DNA of 51,421 nucleotides from Bacillota bacterium. Its GTDB lineage: Bacteria; Bacillota; Sulfobacillia; Fermentithermobacillales; Fermentithermobacillaceae. Made by a program: the position numbers and the translations under genes. Below are positions 1 through 8,584 of this stretch, piece after piece (position 1 is the stretch's first letter; every line of letters begins with the position of its first letter). Location of the stretch: positions 1-51,421 of the forward strand of contig JAPXKJ010000004.1 in NCBI GenBank assembly GCA_033810155.1, in the 5' to 3' direction. The notes under the pieces were generated by a model. The model did no database searches, was not told where the DNA came from, and worked only from the letters and a program-made list of their open reading frames with translations.

Positions 1-168
1 TACAAATTCAGGCGCTCTAGGCACTGGAACAATCTTTTGGATCGGGATTATCTCCCGTACCTGGCTTATGTCCACGCCATAAGTTTCGCTTCCTAGTGAA
101 AAAGCTACAATTTGTTTGTCTTCATTCTTCTTCGCTGCTTCTTCACGTAAGGTATCGGATTTTGCCAT
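1..168 (-). CDS. CheW-like chemotaxis coupling protein, N-terminal 56 codons only (gene runs off the window start)
   Basis: ATG at 166-168 is preceded by GGAGGGG. The translation MAKSDTLREEAAKKNEDKQIVAFSLGSETYGVDISQVREIIPIQKIVPVPRAPEFV fits the CheW-domain N-terminal pattern (FxLGxExYGxDIxxVxEI). It is absent from the ORF track because there is no stop in the window. Confidence 0.55.
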   Translation of the reverse strand, partial: MAKSDTLREEAAKKNEDKQIVAFSLGSETYGVDISQVREIIPIQKIVPVPRAPEFV

Positions 169-264
169 TACATCCCCTCCCTGCTCTATGTAATGTATCG
201 AAAGTACGCCAAGGGAAGTTGAGCACTGAAAATAGATAAAAACGTGGTCATAGAAGAATAAGAC

Positions 265-1974
265 TTATTCAAGGGTATTAGCTATAGTATGCCAGATGTC
301 CTGGGTTTCGAAACCACGCGACCAAGCGGCTACTCCTGCTAGATTATACTTGTTTACAAGCTGTACTCGTTTCTCGACAGAGTCTTTATCTTCAATCCAG
401 ACTTTGTAGGTTGTATTACCGACGGTTTTCTCAGCATATAGAAGGCCCGTCTGCTCTTGGTACGTAGTATTTGGATTGTGTTCTCTAAGCCATTTCGACA
501 CAGATTCCATCCCCAAAGCCTTGCAAGTGATCTTGGTCTCACCTTCTTCTTTGGTCTCTTCCCACAGCCTAGTATAAAACGGTATTCCTAACACGAGTTT
601 CTTGCTTGGCACTTCAAGAAGGGTGGTCTTGACATTGGATTCGGTCCATGGAATTGACGAAACTGGGCCCGCAACATGGGAGCCTGCCGGATATTGGTCA
701 TACGACATGAGCATCACATAATCAACAGTATCTGACAGTTTCTCTCTTTCCAAGAAAAGTGACCAGTTAGGGCTTTCCGACCTGACGGTGATGTCAATAG
801 ACACAGTAAGCCCTTGTTCGTGCAACAGTGGCGTTATTTCCCGCACAAACTGAGTGAGATATGGCCCGTCATCAAGATACACATTTTCAAAATCGATGTT
901 TATCCCGTCAAGTTTGTAGATCTTGCAGTAAACAAGTATCTGCGAGATCACTCTATCTCTAATCTCGGAGTCTCGGAGTACTATTGAAGTCCTTTCGGGA
1001 TTAAAGGAGTTGGAAAAAAGTGCCCAGACCTGATAACCTTTGGAGTGAGCCCAATCCACATAGTTTATGTCTCCCCGATTCTCAATGCCTCCTTGGTCGT
1101 CCGAAAGATGAAACCACGTAGGTGCTACGACATTTAGTCCAGGCATATCACCTATTTTCGATGTGTCGATCCGAGCGCTATACACCTGCTCCCACGCCAA
1201 AACCACTTTATCTCCCTCCAGAGACTTTGGCACGTAATCTGAGACTTCATTAACTTCAGGTGGTCTTTCAAATACACTCGCTACCTGTTTAGCGCGAACA
1301 AATCCGCAGAGTCCGTCTTTAGTTTCTACCTTAAGCCACCGTCCACTTTCTGAATATATGACAACTTCTGTTCCCTCTTTGATCTCTTCTACCCTAGGAG
1401 AAAAAACCGAGGGCTCGAGCCGCAGGAAGACATCTGACGCCAATTCCCCAACTTTAACCATCTGATCTAATCTCCTCACTAAGAACATACCTGCTTCAGC
1501 ATTATATGTTGTGGAAACCGGATACAAAGCTTGTAGTGTATTGCTCGGAACGTACGGTTCTTTGTCGACCAGTATAACCGGAAACTGCAAAGGAGCCGGA
1601 TGCTGGTTCACATGCGCTGTAAGAGAGTCTGTCTTAAGCTTTATCACCTTGTCTTTCGTCGTGACAACCATAACGCCTGATTCATCCCAATGTACATTTG
1701 GATCAATTTTCTCCTTTATGAATGAAAGGGGTATGTATGGTTCTTCGTTTTCGATTATGACCGGGAATTCCTGAATCTCGGCTAAGTAAACAAGGTATGG
1801 CCGGTCCGCTTCCGGCGGTTCTACGGTTCGCAATGAGTAATAGGCCGGAATTCCAATAAGCATGACGACTAGAACTAACGCTAGTAGCCATTTTCTTGGC
1901 GACCGCTTACGTCTTTTTCTGCTTCTTCTAGATGGAATACTACCCTCAATACCGATGACAGTCATCACTACCAT
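265..1974 (-). CDS. Membrane-anchored glycoside hydrolase family 18 protein (stalk-like domain + SH3b-like domain + GH18 catalytic domain)
   Basis: Poly-basic N-terminus followed by a TM helix (KWLLALVLVVMLIGIPAYY). SH3b-like segment GRWLKVETKDGLCGFVRAKQV. GH18 catalytic signature LDGINIDFE (DxxDxDxE) and MSYDQY. ATG 1965 is an alternative start. Confidence 0.8.
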   Translation of the reverse strand: MVVMTVIGIEGSIPSRRSRKRRKRSPRKWLLALVLVVMLIGIPAYYSLRTVEPPEADRPYLVYLAEIQEFPVIIENEEPYIPLSFIKEKIDPNVHWDESGVMVVTTKDKVIKLKTDSLTAHVNQHPAPLQFPVILVDKEPYVPSNTLQALYPVSTTYNAEAGMFLVRRLDQMVKVGELASDVFLRLEPSVFSPRVEEIKEGTEVVIYSESGRWLKVETKDGLCGFVRAKQVASVFERPPEVNEVSDYVPKSLEGDKVVLAWEQVYSARIDTSKIGDMPGLNVVAPTWFHLSDDQGGIENRGDINYVDWAHSKGYQVWALFSNSFNPERTSIVLRDSEIRDRVISQILVYCKIYKLDGINIDFENVYLDDGPYLTQFVREITPLLHEQGLTVSIDITVRSESPNWSLFLEREKLSDTVDYVMLMSYDQYPAGSHVAGPVSSIPWTESNVKTTLLEVPSKKLVLGIPFYTRLWEETKEEGETKITCKALGMESVSKWLREHNPNTTYQEQTGLLYAEKTVGNTTYKVWIEDKDSVEKRVQLVNKYNLAGVAAWSRGFETQDIWHTIANTLE

Positions 1975-2069
1975 TTCCTTAAATGATCAAAACAGGGATG
2001 GAGCTCAGGCCCTATCCCCATTTTCAAATCCGCTTAATACTTCGGGTTATAGCCCCAAGTCTAACATGC

Positions 2070-3074
2070 CTAACCGAGAACTTCCTCGTATACCCTAAGC
2101 CAGTTACCTCCGAGGATTTTCTGAATGTCTTCCTCGCTATAGCCGCGATTCATTAATTCTTGCGTAAGGAGAGGCAACTCTGAAACGTCCTTGAATACCT
2201 GAGGCTTTCCAGGTGGAGTTCCAAATCCGTCAAAATCTGAACCCAGACCTACGTGGTCTACACCTGCAATCTTCTTTATGTGATCTATGTGATCACAAAG
2301 CCTAGAAAGAGACACTTTTTCGTCGTCGTCATCCACAAAAGCCGGGCAGTACACCACACCGATAACTCCGCCCTTTTCGGCTAGTGCTTCTATTTGTTTG
2401 TCCGTGAGATTGCGCGGATGCGAAGCAAGGGCTCTAGCATTTGAGTGAGACGCTATATAAGGTCTTTCTGCAACTTCATGAACGCCCCAGAAACTGGATT
2501 CTGACAGATGGGACACGTCCACAAGCATCCCAAGGCGCTCCATTTCCTTAACAACTGAGATGCCCAAATCGGTTATGCTAGAACCTGCATGTTTTTCTCC
2601 TACTCCATCAGCTAGATCGTTTCTCTGATTCCATGTAAGACCCATGGCCCTTACTCCGAGCCGGTAAAAAGTCCTCAGAACACGAAGGCTGCCTTCGATC
2701 GCTTCGCCCCCCTCTATGCTCAAAAGACCACACACCTTACCGCTTTCCTTTGCATTTCTGATATCTTGCGCGGAAGTCGCAAGAACAAAACTCTCAGACA
2801 CATCAACCAGACTGTAAAATGCATCCATAAGTTCCAAACATCTTCGCGCGGAACGCGTTGGCTTGTACTGAGGCTCAATATAAAGAGCCATCACTTGACA
2901 CGTCACTCCGCCTTCCTTAAGCCGCGGGAGATCTATGTGACCGGTCTCATTTTTCTCAAAAAAATCGCGCTGCTGCGAAGAAGCATATAGTCCTCTTCCG
3001 GCAAAAGCCAATAGAGTATCGCAGTGGCCGTCGATTATTATAGATTTCTGGTGAAGGTTCAAAGCATTTGTCAA
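2070..3074 (-). CDS. Peptidase M19 (renal/membrane dipeptidase family) zinc dipeptidase
   Basis: IIDGHCDT N-terminal metal motif, plus VDVSH, ASHSNARAL and GLGSDFDG motifs. TTG start at 3072-3074 is 7 nt after AAGGGGGA. Confidence 0.85.
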   Translation of the reverse strand: MTNALNLHQKSIIIDGHCDTLLAFAGRGLYASSQQRDFFEKNETGHIDLPRLKEGGVTCQVMALYIEPQYKPTRSARRCLELMDAFYSLVDVSESFVLATSAQDIRNAKESGKVCGLLSIEGGEAIEGSLRVLRTFYRLGVRAMGLTWNQRNDLADGVGEKHAGSSITDLGISVVKEMERLGMLVDVSHLSESSFWGVHEVAERPYIASHSNARALASHPRNLTDKQIEALAEKGGVIGVVYCPAFVDDDDEKVSLSRLCDHIDHIKKIAGVDHVGLGSDFDGFGTPPGKPQVFKDVSELPLLTQELMNRGYSEEDIQKILGGNWLRVYEEVLG

Positions 3075-3092
3075 AAAACTTCCCCCTTATCA

Positions 3093-3129
3093 AATTGCCA
3101 GGTTAGCTAATAGCCCAAACCTGGCAATT
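3093..3129 (-). terminator. Stem-loop downstream of the ferredoxin gene (possible weak intrinsic terminator or processing hairpin)
   Basis: Perfect 12-bp inverted repeat AATTGCCAGGTT / AACCTGGCAATT with a 13-nt loop. On the minus strand it is followed only by a short TTT, so termination efficiency is uncertain. Confidence 0.4.
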
Positions 3130-3185
3130 CCTTTACCTATTCCTCTTTTGGAGGAACCACTATGTAAGAAGCCGTACCCATCCAC

Positions 3186-3374
3186 CTACTCCTCAATCTT
3201 GATTGCCTCGGTAGGACAAGTATCCGCAGCCTCTCTTGCGCAGTCGACGTTGGCCTCCGCGCCTTCTTTTACCGCTGCCTTGCCCTCATCGGTTAGTACA
3301 AACACATCAGGACAAGTATCAGAACACAGCCCGCACCCAATGCAAAGATCTTGATCAACGCAAACCTTTGGCAT
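3186..3374 (-). CDS. Small monocluster [4Fe-4S] ferredoxin (Thermotoga/Pyrococcus type)
   Basis: MPKVCVDQDLCIGCGLCSDTCPDVF...DCAREAADTCPTEAIKIEE, i.e. a CxxCxxCxxxCP motif plus a distal CP. Start moved to ATG 3374 (AAAGGTGG RBS); the 80-aa track ORF adds an unlikely basic leader. Confidence 0.85.
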   Translation of the reverse strand: MPKVCVDQDLCIGCGLCSDTCPDVFVLTDEGKAAVKEGAEANVDCAREAADTCPTEAIKIEE

Positions 3375-3458
3375 TTTTCTGCCCACCTTTCTTCTACGTG
3401 GTTTTTTTACGCTAAAATTATAACACACTTCACTTGCTTTTTTGCCCGAGACTATTTG

Positions 3459-4157
3459 CTACCTAACTCTCGCGGCATTCAGGGCGTCTGAAACAGCGTC
3501 AATCCACCTCCGAGAACTAATTGTAGCCCCGGTAAACCCTTCAACTTCGGCGCTGTTTTTTTCTACGAATGCCTTTTCCATCTTTTCTTTGGCTTGAAGC
3601 ACTGGTGTATAGGAATAAGTTGGATAATCTCGGCGCTCATTGTTTTCGTCATATTCCAAAAGACGGACTTCAGTTATCTTGTCATTTTCTATTGTTACCA
3701 GAGCAATCCCATATCCACCATTTTCGACAGGCGATTTGCCCAAAAAAGTGCCGTCAAAATACACTGTCTCAATATCAGGTTTCTGCTTTGCCTTTTCTAG
3801 CGCAAAAGATGAAGCAGCTATGTATTTCTTTGAAGATGATGTTGCCCCAGTATACACGTCAACGGAGGCATCCTGTCTGCCTATCAGCTGTTTCGAAAGT
3901 TCTTCGTTGGCTTTTTTTGCTTCTTCGTATTCATAATTATCAAGGTTTTTCTCTTCCCCATATACCGTAAACTCAGACAGTTTTACTTCTGTAATCTTGT
4001 CGTTTTTTACGGTAACTTCGGCAACCGCATAGCCTCTATCATCTACCTGAGAGACTCCCTTGTACGTGCCATCGATATAGATTTTAGGGCCGCAACCTAC
4101 CATAAGAAAGCTCATTACTACAGTTACTATTGCCAAGACTTTAAGAAAGCGCTTCAT
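3459..4157 (-). CDS. Lipoprotein with two tandem FMN-binding (FMN_bind) domains, PplA-like
   Basis: Signal peptide with a lipobox-like LMVGC (Cys22). Two internal repeats (DGTYKG...KNDKITEVKL...TGATSSS and DGTFLG...ENDKITEVRL...TGATISS), each ending in a [S/T]GAT flavinylation motif (3840-3851 and 3522-3533). Confidence 0.75.
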   Translation of the reverse strand: MKRFLKVLAIVTVVMSFLMVGCGPKIYIDGTYKGVSQVDDRGYAVAEVTVKNDKITEVKLSEFTVYGEEKNLDNYEYEEAKKANEELSKQLIGRQDASVDVYTGATSSSKKYIAASSFALEKAKQKPDIETVYFDGTFLGKSPVENGGYGIALVTIENDKITEVRLLEYDENNERRDYPTYSYTPVLQAKEKMEKAFVEKNSAEVEGFTGATISSRRWIDAVSDALNAARVR

Positions 4158-4538
4158 TCACATTTCATCCCCTTGTACCATCACTTGTCATGTGCATGTT
4201 GAAACTACGATATCTATTATGACCTATTTTGAGGCAAGATGTTCCCTTCCATGTTCCACATTTCTCTTTGAAATATCTGATTTCTTAAGAGCAAAATATC
4301 GATCGGCAAGATCAGCCACACCGTGCCTGATTGAGTTAGAGAACCCAAAGGTAACGCACACAGGGCCATGGCTTTTCGGTGAATTTCACACGTTTTCTCG
4401 ATAGGCCTCTGTCGCTCGTTGTCGGCTTATTCATGGATACTCTCAAGGGAACTCACACGGTTCCCAACGAAATTGAAAGAACCGGCGAAGGCACGCGCCG
4501 TGACCAAACTAGATTACTAGAAAAAGAGGGGGACACAA

Positions 4539-4868
4539 GTGTTAGACAGAAACATGGTGATCGAGGAAACCAGGGAGCATCTCGGAGAGAACAGGCGTTT
4601 TTACATCCACTACCACTTAGAACGTAAGTCCTATCCAGACGGGTACTTCATGAAAGCAACCCTAATGGAACAAGACCATGCCGGCCACGTATGCGAAACT
4701 ATATCATGCGTTGAGCTATCCAATCTCGACTATAGAATAGCTCAGCACCTGCTATTTACAATACATAATGCTCCGGAACCAGTATTTCCGGCACACCTTC
4801 CGGATATCGCAAGGGATTTAGCATCTCAGATCATGTCAGACTTTAACTTACTAGAACAAAATGGCTAG
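4539..4868 (+). CDS. Hypothetical protein, 109 aa (only convincing plus-strand gene in the window)
   Basis: GTG start at 4539 is 8 nt after AGAGGGGGA. I recognise no family. The stop overlaps the stop of the convergent NYN gene (CTAG at 4865-4868). Confidence 0.5.
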   Translation: MLDRNMVIEETREHLGENRRFYIHYHLERKSYPDGYFMKATLMEQDHAGHVCETISCVELSNLDYRIAQHLLFTIHNAPEPVFPAHLPDIARDLASQIMSDFNLLEQNG

Positions 4869-5473
4869 TCCCTGGTGATATCGTCTAATATGTCATATAG
4901 TTCTATGAACTCGTCGGCGGCGTCTACGAGCTCATCTGCAGCCTTGTAGTTGCATTTCGTATAGGCTTCCGGATGTTGAGTAGAAAGCACCTGTATACGT
5001 ACCCCGCGCTGCGCTACAGCACGTACTAGTGGGACAAAATCACCATCGCCTGAGCAAAGAATGTATTTGTCACATCGTGGAACCAAAGAAAGCATGTCTA
5101 TTGCCAGTTCCAAATCAAGATCAGCCTTTATCGCGCCGCCGGCGAAAACCTTAAGAGGCTTGCGAACGACCATATAGCCATTGCGGTTTAAAAATCTATA
5201 AAACGACTGAGAACGACGTCTTTGACCTTCGAGATCCTCCTTAAGGGTGTGGAGATCTGACTGGTTTGAAAGTTTAACATACTGGTCAATGCTGTCTGTA
5301 GTCCATTCGCCAGTGTAGTAATAAGCCCTTATCAAAATACCTCGCTTAGTCAAATAGTCGAGCAGTTTCACAAAATCTACTTGAATCCCGAAAGCATCGT
5401 ACGTAGCATACTTAAAGTTCCATCCGTCAATGAATACTGCAAGTCTAGCCATGGGAAAGTGATTTTCTTCCAC
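4865..5473 (-). CDS. NYN-domain (LabA/DUF88-like, PIN-fold) putative RNase
   Basis: ARLAVFIDGWNF N-terminal motif and the later CSGDGDFVPLV motif are typical of LabA-like NYN domains. GTG start at 5473 is 8 nt after AGGAGG. Confidence 0.75.
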   Translation of the reverse strand: MEENHFPMARLAVFIDGWNFKYATYDAFGIQVDFVKLLDYLTKRGILIRAYYYTGEWTTDSIDQYVKLSNQSDLHTLKEDLEGQRRRSQSFYRFLNRNGYMVVRKPLKVFAGGAIKADLDLELAIDMLSLVPRCDKYILCSGDGDFVPLVRAVAQRGVRIQVLSTQHPEAYTKCNYKAADELVDAADEFIELYDILDDITRD

Positions 5474-5581
5474 AATGATTTCCTCCTAAATTGGTTTTGT
5501 TTAGATCTTTTTGAAAATCCTTTATTTACAGCGCCTAACGGGAAAGGCCAAAACACCCACAAGATTTTGCTACAGAACATG

Positions 5582-5658
5582 TGGTGCGCCCGGCGCGAAT
5601 CGAACGCGCAACCTTTGGCTCCGGAGGCCAACGCTCTGTCCTTTTGAGCTACGGGCGC
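5582..5658 (-). tRNA. tRNA-Arg (anticodon CCG), CCA encoded
   Basis: Minus strand reads GCGCCCGTAGCTCAAAAGGACAGAGCGTTGGCCTCCGGAGCCAAAGGTTGCGCGTTCGATTCGCGCCGGGCGCACCA. Full cloverleaf, anticodon loop CT-CCG-GA. Confidence 0.9.
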
Positions 5659-5729
5659 ATTTATTCACCCAATTGCATATTAATATTATCTTCAATGACC
5701 CTTTGCTTCAATATGTAAGGGGTATGCCC

Positions 5730-6062
5730 TCAGATCTTGCCCAAAAGCATCAAGATCCCAACCACTACAAAAGCGCCCCCGGCACACAATTTAATAATAT
5801 GCGGCGACACTATGTGGTATAGGTTGGCCCCTACCAAAGCCCCTACAAAAGAGGACAAAACAAGTGCAAGAGCCGAACCCAGGAAAACGCTCCAAACTGC
5901 CTTTTCAGAAGCTGCCAGGGCCATCGTAGAAAGCTGCGTTTTGTCTCCCAATTCAGCTAGAAACACAACCAAAAACGTCGATAGTACAGTCTCCCAATTC
6001 AATCTCACGGGGCGTCCGAGCCCCAGTCCCTCCTCTTGCAGATGTACTTTAAAGTCTATCAT
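5730..6062 (-). CDS. UPF0016 (GDT1/TMEM165-like) family membrane protein, putative divalent-cation transporter subunit
   Basis: Signature ELGDKTQ inside the first hydrophobic helix; three predicted TM segments. The exact start is uncertain (no good RBS before ATG 6062). Confidence 0.65.
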   Translation of the reverse strand: MIDFKVHLQEEGLGLGRPVRLNWETVLSTFLVVFLAELGDKTQLSTMALAASEKAVWSVFLGSALALVLSSFVGALVGANLYHIVSPHIIKLCAGGAFVVVGILMLLGKI

Positions 6063-6087
6063 ATTAGAACATATCCAAAGCGTCTAC

Positions 6088-6131
6088 ATAAAAACGTGGA
6101 AAAGGAGCGGGTGTGTGACCGCTCCTTTTCC
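6088..6131 (-). terminator. Strong intrinsic terminator ending the AMMECR1 / radical-SAM / P-loop operon
   Basis: Minus strand reads GGAAAAGGAGCGG-tcacacac-CCGCTCCTTTTCC, a perfect 13-bp stem followed by acgTTTTTa. It lies 26 nt after the stop at 6157. Confidence 0.75.
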
Positions 6132-6156
6132 AATACATGCTGAAAAACTCGGGCTC

Positions 6157-7479
6157 TTATGATATGACGCCCACCATCTTCATAGCTGCCTCTAAGGACG
6201 GAGTACCAATTTCCTGCAACTCATATCTAATTCGTACTGTCGGCTTGTTTATCTTAACGACCCGACGCAGATCGATGGGAGTAGCAATGAGCACTACATC
6301 ACAAGGAACCTTTTCTATTGTTTCTTCCAGTTCTTTAATCTGCTTGTCGGAATAACCCATGGCTGGCAGCAGAGGACCTATGTGGTTATACTTCTCAAAG
6401 GTATGCTTGATTGAGCCAACCGCCCAGGGTCGTGGATCAACTGTTTCCAAAGCACCCCATTTGCTGGCTGCAATCATTCCTGCACCATAAGGCATTTCGC
6501 CATGTGTAAGCGTAGGTCCATCTTCTACCACGAGGACTCGCTTTCCAGTTATTTGCTGCGGTTCGTCCGTGAATATTGGAGATGCGGCCTCTACGATAAT
6601 GGCTTGAGGGTTGACCCTCCTTATCGTATCTCTCAGCTGCTCTACGTTTTTCGGCTCAGCGGTATCTATCTTGTTTATAACGACAATATCGGCCATCCTC
6701 AGGTTGGTTTCCCCTGGATAGTACCTTACTTCATGACCAGGTCTATGGGGGTCTACCAGCACTATCTGACAGTCAGAACTGTAAAACGGAACGTCGTTGT
6801 TTCCGCCATCCCACAGAATTACGTCCGCTTCTTCTTCAGCTCGCTTTAGGATCTCACCATAGTCTACTCCCGCAAAAACCAATATTCCATTGTCGATATG
6901 AGGCTCGTATTCTTCACGCTCCTCAATAGTGCACTTGTGACGGTCTAAATCTTCGTAACTAGCAAACCTCTGCCAAATCTGGTCCTCTAGATTGCCATAA
7001 GGCATTGGGTGACGAATCACCGCGGTCTTTAGTCCTCTGTCCGCCAAAATCTTGGCAACCCGTCTAGTAGTCTGGCTTTTGCCAACACCTGTCCTTATTG
7101 CGCATACAGAAATTACTGGTTTTTTTGATTTAATGCAAGTTGCATTGTAACTTAGAAGACCAAAGTTAGCCCCCGCAGCAAGGACCGCAGAAGCTTTGTG
7201 CATAAGGTCTTCATAAGAAATATCGCTGTATGAGAACACAACCTCATCTATCTCGTGCTTCTCGATAAGATCGATTAGTTCCGATTCAGCATAAATGGGG
7301 ATCCCGTTGGGGTATAACGGTCCGGCAAGTTTCGGTGGATACGTCCGGCCTTCTATATCAGGAATCTGGGTAGCGGTAAAACATACAACCTCTACATTCG
7401 GATCCTCCCTATACACAGTGTTGAAGTTGTGAAAATCTCTTCCCGCTGCTCCCATTATTATGACTTTTCTGCGTGCCAA
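6157..7479 (-). CDS. P-loop NTPase of the COG2403 / cyclic-2,3-diphosphoglycerate-synthetase-like family
   Basis: N-terminal IIMGAAGRDFHNFN, Walker A-like RTGVGKSQTT and later INKID. Start moved to TTG 7479 (GGAGGGA plus 6 nt); the track start lies inside the RBS. Confidence 0.65.
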   Translation of the reverse strand: MARRKVIIMGAAGRDFHNFNTVYREDPNVEVVCFTATQIPDIEGRTYPPKLAGPLYPNGIPIYAESELIDLIEKHEIDEVVFSYSDISYEDLMHKASAVLAAGANFGLLSYNATCIKSKKPVISVCAIRTGVGKSQTTRRVAKILADRGLKTAVIRHPMPYGNLEDQIWQRFASYEDLDRHKCTIEEREEYEPHIDNGILVFAGVDYGEILKRAEEEADVILWDGGNNDVPFYSSDCQIVLVDPHRPGHEVRYYPGETNLRMADIVVINKIDTAEPKNVEQLRDTIRRVNPQAIIVEAASPIFTDEPQQITGKRVLVVEDGPTLTHGEMPYGAGMIAASKWGALETVDPRPWAVGSIKHTFEKYNHIGPLLPAMGYSDKQIKELEETIEKVPCDVVLIATPIDLRRVVKINKPTVRIRYELQEIGTPSLEAAMKMVGVIS

Positions 7480-7535
7480 TAAACTTCCCTCCAAATTATA
7501 GATATTATCTTTGTACTAGCTATGGGCTCGTGCGA

Positions 7536-8549
7536 TCATGCCCATATTTTCCCTACAAACTCTAGCTCTCTGCCACAAGTTGGACAGGCCCTTTCTTTGA
7601 GGAAAGCATGCTCTAATTCGAGTCCGCCTCGAGTCAAGAGAACCTGCCCACAATTAGGACAACAAGTATCGGCATATCCCTTTTTCACAGCATTTCCGAT
7701 GTATACATGGTGAAGATCTTCCCTTGCGACATCTCTCAGCCTCTCTAAGGTAAGGAGCGGCGTCGGCGGAAGGTCGAGTTGATACGCAGGGAAAAACCTT
7801 GAAAAGTGTAGCGGTATCTCCTTGGAAATGCCTGAAAGCCAACGTGCTACTCCGCGCACATCTTCGTCAGAGTCATTTTCACCTGGTATCACAAGGTATG
7901 TTACCTCAACCCAGGTCCCAGACGATAATGCCTTTTCAACGGTCCTAAGCACGGGTTCTATTCTCCCACTCACCATGCGTCGGTAAAACTCATCATCCCA
8001 TGCCTTCACGTCAACGTTCATCGCATCGACAAAATGCAGTAGATCATCGAGAGGCTCGGGCGATATATACCCGTTGCTTACAAGAACATTGGATAGACCC
8101 TTAGATTTCGCCAGCTGCGCGCACTCTAGTACAAACTCGTACCATACTGTCGGCTCATTGTATGTATAGGCAATGCCAACACAGTTAGGATACTGTTTTT
8201 GCTGCAAAAGAGCTATTTCAACTATCTCTTCGGGTGTGTACACGTAATAAGGAGGTTTCATCTGGGAGATCTGCCAATTTTGGCAGAATTTGCACTTCAG
8301 GTTGCATCCATAAGTGCCGACTGAAAGCAACAACCCTCCGGGATGAAAGTGAAACAGAGGTTTCTTCTCTACAGGATCAAGACCAATCGAAGTCACTTTT
8401 CCGTAGTTTTCAGAGTAAAGACGTCCCTCATAGTTCTGCCTCACTCCACATATCCCGGTTTTGCCCGGCTCAATGAAGCACGCATGCGGGCACAGCCTGC
8501 ACCTAACGACGCCTTCCTTTCCAGACTCCCAGTGCAGAGCTTCCTTCAA
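7536..8549 (-). CDS. AmmeMemoRadiSam-system radical SAM enzyme (AmrS-like, PFL-activase-related)
   Basis: CNLKCKFCQNW radical-SAM CxxxCxxC motif (8283-8306), N-terminal CRLCPHAC...ICGVR and C-terminal CCPNCG...CPTCG. TTG start after GGGAGGT. Sits next to an AMMECR1 gene. Confidence 0.8.
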   Translation of the reverse strand: MKEALHWESGKEGVVRCRLCPHACFIEPGKTGICGVRQNYEGRLYSENYGKVTSIGLDPVEKKPLFHFHPGGLLLSVGTYGCNLKCKFCQNWQISQMKPPYYVYTPEEIVEIALLQQKQYPNCVGIAYTYNEPTVWYEFVLECAQLAKSKGLSNVLVSNGYISPEPLDDLLHFVDAMNVDVKAWDDEFYRRMVSGRIEPVLRTVEKALSSGTWVEVTYLVIPGENDSDEDVRGVARWLSGISKEIPLHFSRFFPAYQLDLPPTPLLTLERLRDVAREDLHHVYIGNAVKKGYADTCCPNCGQVLLTRGGLELEHAFLKERACPTCGRELEFVGKIWA

Positions 8550-8584
8550 CCTCGCTTAACCTCCCATGCTAGATTCTTTGAATT

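Noticed and set aside
4192-4627. Plus-strand ORFs of 70 aa and 82 aa in the long intergenic region.
   Set aside because: They have no RBS, overlap each other and the RBS-supported GTG start at 4539, and have no recognisable domains. I treat them as non-coding.
6063-6156. A possible yybP-ykoY (Mn2+) riboswitch upstream of the UPF0016 transporter gene.
   Set aside because: The 94-nt gap is almost completely occupied by one perfect 13-bp terminator hairpin that belongs to the upstream operon. There is no four-way-junction-sized element or conserved riboswitch core.
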